Source: an uncultured Gammaproteobacteria bacterium (GTDB lineage Bacteria; Patescibacteriota; Microgenomatia; Daviesbacterales; UBA10151). From it: a stretch of 46,417 nucleotides of DNA. This document shows, in pieces, positions 43,239 through 46,417 of this stretch. The position numbers and the translations under genes were made by a program. How positions within the stretch are numbered: the first letter of the stretch is position 1; every line of letters begins with the position of its first letter. The notes below the pieces were generated by a model. The model did not search any database. It was given only the letters and a program-made list of their open reading frames with translations, and was not told where the DNA came from. The stretch is taken from the NCBI GenBank assembly GCA_964504985.1, contig CAZDFU010000005.1, forward strand, positions 1 to 46,417. Direction: 5' to 3'.

Positions 43239-44879
43239 TCTCTTAAAATTAATAAATGAAGATAATAATATTATAAAGCCGGTTAAGGTTAAAATTTTAG
43301 ATACACGGGTTATTAATGTATCTTCAAATCTGATGATTATGTTGTGACGGCCTTTAGGAACATTAAAACTGATTAAACCATTTTTATCAACTTTAAGCTG
43401 ATTGAGTTCGTTGTCTATATATAGACTTTGCCCTGGGAAATAAAATTGTCCAGCAGACACAGAAGCTTCTTTTTTTGAATTAATAGTAAATGACAAAAAG
43501 TTAGTTGCCTGTTTTTTATCAGAAAAAGTTATACCCTCTCCGTAAGCCTCATTCCATACTTTTCCTAATAACTTATCGTTTGCTCCTATTGGAAGATACT
43601 CATTAAAGGTATTAGTTGTTACCTCTGTTTCCAGGTTCAAGTATGTCTCAATAGGGAAATCAGTGTATTGATTTACATTTAGATGGTTCCTGTTGGTATA
43701 TAAAGCTACAAGTATTAAAAATATAAGAATCAAAATTTTAAGTTTCTTGCTAAAATGAACAAGTATTAAACCTGCACAAATTGAGGCAATAAGAAGCGCA
43801 GGTAATAATAACCTAAAGGGAAAATCAACTGTGACAATATTTACTAATACCTCCCATACAGTTGTTGAGTAATCTAAGGTCAAAAAAATACTGACAGCTA
43901 AGCCTGATAATAAAAAAACGCCTAAAGCATGGTTCTTTTTTGACAAACGCCTAAAAATGATTAGTAAAACTAAGATGATAACTGAAATCCATTGTGAAAC
44001 ACCTAGTTGAAATGAAACCTCTCCGTTCTTCGCATTATTTACAATAGGACTATAGCCCCATTTGGAATAAACAAGTTGGTTTAGGTCAATAAAGTTTCTT
44101 TTGTAGAGTTCTTTTAAACCGGTTTGACCGTTAACTCTAGTAAAGCGGTTGTAGTAAGCTGCAGGTAATAGATAAAAGGATGCTAATAAGACCCCTAGTA
44201 ATACCCCTAAGGTGATATTTTTTAAATAAATCATTCTTTTTTCAGCATATATAAATTCCCAGAGGAAAAGGGTAAAAATAAGGGGAAATAGGAAAATAAG
44301 ATGCATAATATGCGAAAGAATTATGCCCAAGATCCCTAGGGATAGAATTATTATGCCAAATCTTGAACGCTCTCTTATTAAGTGAATGCCTAATAGAACA
44401 AGGGGAACGAAGGTGAATATGAAAGCAATCCCCATCGAGGCGCTGACAAAGATGATAAGAAAATGGTAAGGTACCCAAAGATACAATATTGAAGATAATA
44501 GTGCTGATAATTTATCTTTAAGCAGGCTTCTGGCAAAAAAATACATGCTAATGCCTGATCCTAAGTATGACAGAAAGAATAATGCTTTTATGGTTTCTGA
44601 AAAATTTAATCCTAATTTCATAAGCGCTACTCCAATAATCCAAGGAAAGTGGTAAGAGAAGAATAATAGGGGATAACCAAAATTGTGTGCAAGTTGACCT
44701 ATCCAATAAGGTGGTATCTGACCATCATTTACAGCCAGATGATAGTAATAAAGCCTGACAACTTGATGCCAGATATCATGGGCAGTGAATAATCCTGGAT
44801 GCAACAATGCCTTCATTCCCAAAATGGAAAATGTTAGGATAATAATTAAGAAAATTAAATCTTTGGGAATTTTCCTCAT
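43206..44879 (-). CDS. GT-C membrane protein, PTPS-related/YfhO-like family, dispersed inverted copy 5
   Basis: HDIWH, FGYPL, SH, DFPFRL, EYLP, YFPG, YfhO-like C-terminus. Confidence 0.75.
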   Translation of the reverse strand: MRKIPKDLIFLIIILTFSILGMKALLHPGLFTAHDIWHQVVRLYYYHLAVNDGQIPPYWIGQLAHNFGYPLLFFSYHFPWIIGVALMKLGLNFSETIKALFFLSYLGSGISMYFFARSLLKDKLSALLSSILYLWVPYHFLIIFVSASMGIAFIFTFVPLVLLGIHLIRERSRFGIIILSLGILGIILSHIMHLIFLFPLIFTLFLWEFIYAEKRMIYLKNITLGVLLGVLLASFYLLPAAYYNRFTRVNGQTGLKELYKRNFIDLNQLVYSKWGYSPIVNNAKNGEVSFQLGVSQWISVIILVLLIIFRRLSKKNHALGVFLLSGLAVSIFLTLDYSTTVWEVLVNIVTVDFPFRLLLPALLIASICAGLILVHFSKKLKILILIFLILVALYTNRNHLNVNQYTDFPIETYLNLETEVTTNTFNEYLPIGANDKLLGKVWNEAYGEGITFSDKKQATNFLSFTINSKKEASVSAGQFYFPGQSLYIDNELNQLKVDKNGLISFNVPKGRHNIIIRFEDTLITRVSKILTLTGFIILLSSFINFKRLSKKFTFYKS

Positions 44880-44937
44880 CTATTGTTAATAATATAGCTT
44901 TTCTAATGCTAAATTGCTAACATTAATTTGTAATTAA

Positions 44938-46417
44938 ATGAGAAAATTAACATACTTTTTACTGGTTATTGTTATACTGCTTGGTTTTTTCTTAAGGTTT
45001 AACAAGGTTACCGAGATCCCCCCTTCATTAAATTGGGATGAAATCTCAATTTCTTATAATGCATATTCTGTTTTAAAAACAGGGAAAGATGAGTGGGGAA
45101 AATTTCTTCCAATTCATTTCAAATCATACGGAGAATATAAACTCCCTGCTCAAGTTTACTTATCTATTCCGGCCATCTCAATATTTGGATTAAATGAGTT
45201 TGGAGTTAGAATTACTCCTGTAATTTATGGAACTTTGACGGTTATCGTGATGTTTTTTTTAGGAAGGGCACTTTTCCAAAGTAATCTAGCAGGGCTAGCA
45301 TCATCATTTCTTACAGCTGTATCAGTTTGGCATATCCAGTTAACTAGAGCCTCCTTTGAGTCCTCGTTGGCAACTTTTTGGATAGTATCAGGAGTTTGGT
45401 TTTTAGTTAAAGGGTTTAAAGATCAAAAGTGGTTTATTATCTCAATGATACCGTTTGCTCTTTCAGTTTTTACTTATAATTCAGCGCGGATATTTGCACC
45501 AATCTTTCTGCTTGTAGTACTTATTATTTATAGAAAACATCTTGCAAAGTATAAAAAAATAGTTTTATGGTCATTTCTCGTTTTTATAATTTTATTGATC
45601 CCATTAGCACCGTTTATATTAAGCGGAGAAAGAAGTTCTAGGTATAAATTGGTAAGCATTACAGATGACCCGGGTTTAATTTTAAGAATAAATGAAAATA
45701 GAGGATTATCAAAACTGCCTGCGCCATTACCACGCTTAATTCACAATAAAGTTACCTATGTAAGTTATTATTTTGCCAGAAATTACTCTGCTCACTTTTC
45801 TCCAAATTTTCTATTTATTTCTGGCGCACCTCATAAGCAGCACCATGTTCAAAATATGGGGCAATTATATTATTTTCAACTGCCTTTGTTTATAGCTGGT
45901 CTTATTGGTTTATTTTTCTTAAAACATAAATTTAAAGGGATTCTTTTATCTTGGGTTCTTCTTGCGTATATTCCGGTCTCTGTTACAAACGATAGTATTC
46001 CTCATGCTCTAAGGACCCTTATTGCAATGCCATTTTATCAACTTGTTTCAGCATTAGGATTTATTGTTTCAATTAATTGGCTCAAAAGATTACCAAAAAT
46101 TACGGTTATTATTTTAGCGGTAGGGTTTTTCATTTTAATGGTTTTCAATTTTAATTCTTATGTAAAAAATTATTATGACATTTATCCAAAGACTTATTCA
46201 AAAGACTGGCAATATGGATATAAACAAGTGGTAGGCTATATTAATAAGAATAAGGATAAATATGACCAGATTGTTTTTTCAAGACATTATGGTGAGCCGC
46301 ATATGTTTACTCTTTTCTATTTAAACTATGAACCTGCAAAATATCAGAATGATCCAACTTTAGTTAGATTTGAAACTTATGATTGGGTAAGAGTTTTGAA
46401 ATTTGATAAATATTATT
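44938..46417 (+). CDS. GT-C fold (ArnT/PMT-like) glycosyltransferase, 3'-truncated by the window edge
   Basis: Not in the ORF track. My translation: MRKLTYFLLVIVILLGFFLRFNKVTEIPPSLNWDEISISYNAYSVLKTGKDEWG...EYKLP...; the same frame reads ...DWVRVLKFDKYY at the window end. Confidence 0.85.
   Translation, partial: MRKLTYFLLVIVILLGFFLRFNKVTEIPPSLNWDEISISYNAYSVLKTGKDEWGKFLPIHFKSYGEYKLPAQVYLSIPAISIFGLNEFGVRITPVIYGTLTVIVMFFLGRALFQSNLAGLASSFLTAVSVWHIQLTRASFESSLATFWIVSGVWFLVKGFKDQKWFIISMIPFALSVFTYNSARIFAPIFLLVVLIIYRKHLAKYKKIVLWSFLVFIILLIPLAPFILSGERSSRYKLVSITDDPGLILRINENRGLSKLPAPLPRLIHNKVTYVSYYFARNYSAHFSPNFLFISGAPHKQHHVQNMGQLYYFQLPLFIAGLIGLFFLKHKFKGILLSWVLLAYIPVSVTNDSIPHALRTLIAMPFYQLVSALGFIVSINWLKRLPKITVIILAVGFFILMVFNFNSYVKNYYDIYPKTYSKDWQYGYKQVVGYINKNKDKYDQIVFSRHYGEPHMFTLFYLNYEPAKYQNDPTLVRFETYDWVRVLKFDKYY

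Noticed and set aside
7354-44478. Many 60-137 aa ORFs opposite or inside the long genes (e.g. 7698-8072, 26603-27016, 27485-27880, 44242-44478)
   Set aside because: Fully nested in well-supported CDSs; composition mirrors the sense-strand codons; no promoter or motif support.
10140-45260. 8-9 nt poly-T/poly-A runs in glycosyltransferase genes as phase-variation switches
   Set aside because: Expected in AT-rich Phe/Lys-rich membrane genes; all affected ORFs are in frame; no long poly-G/C or microsatellite tracts.
1-46417. CRISPR array, tRNA/rRNA, prophage, integrase or transposase
   Set aside because: No regularly spaced repeats, RNA-gene signatures or recombinase/phage motifs found by eye; the only intergenic gaps over 100 nt are 3694-3884 and 18817-18992. 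A tRNAscan/Infernal run would be the formal check.

Overview
AT-rich bacterial window read in genetic code 11 (RF2 is present and TGA is used as stop). Gene content and promoter style suggest a Patescibacteria/CPR, Microgenomates-like genome; this is inference, not a database result. 1-6 kb: prfB-hypothetical-ftsE-ftsX on the minus strand, an RHH/PIN toxin-antitoxin pair, an orphan resembling a decayed PEP-synthase/PPDK ATP-grasp enzyme, a half-length tsaB and a four-helix-bundle gene between inverted repeats. 6-46 kb: one very large surface-glycosylation locus with a CAP protein, rmlABCD, a divergent gmd, six GT2 domains, one GT4, GtrA and Wzx flippases, and about 16 GT-C-fold membrane glycosyltransferase-like genes (including fusions and two apparent pseudo-enzymes). 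The strongest hidden signal is that the TA pair sits between two copies of the prfB 5' end and promoter, exactly 740 bp apart, as expected for a cassette that integrated into prfB and rebuilt its start. Most operon-first genes have a -10 box 6-7 nt before the start codon (leaderless), and internal genes overlap by ATGA/TAATG. I saw no rRNA, tRNA, CRISPR array, integrase, transposase or reverse transcriptase. All family calls come from motif recognition by eye.
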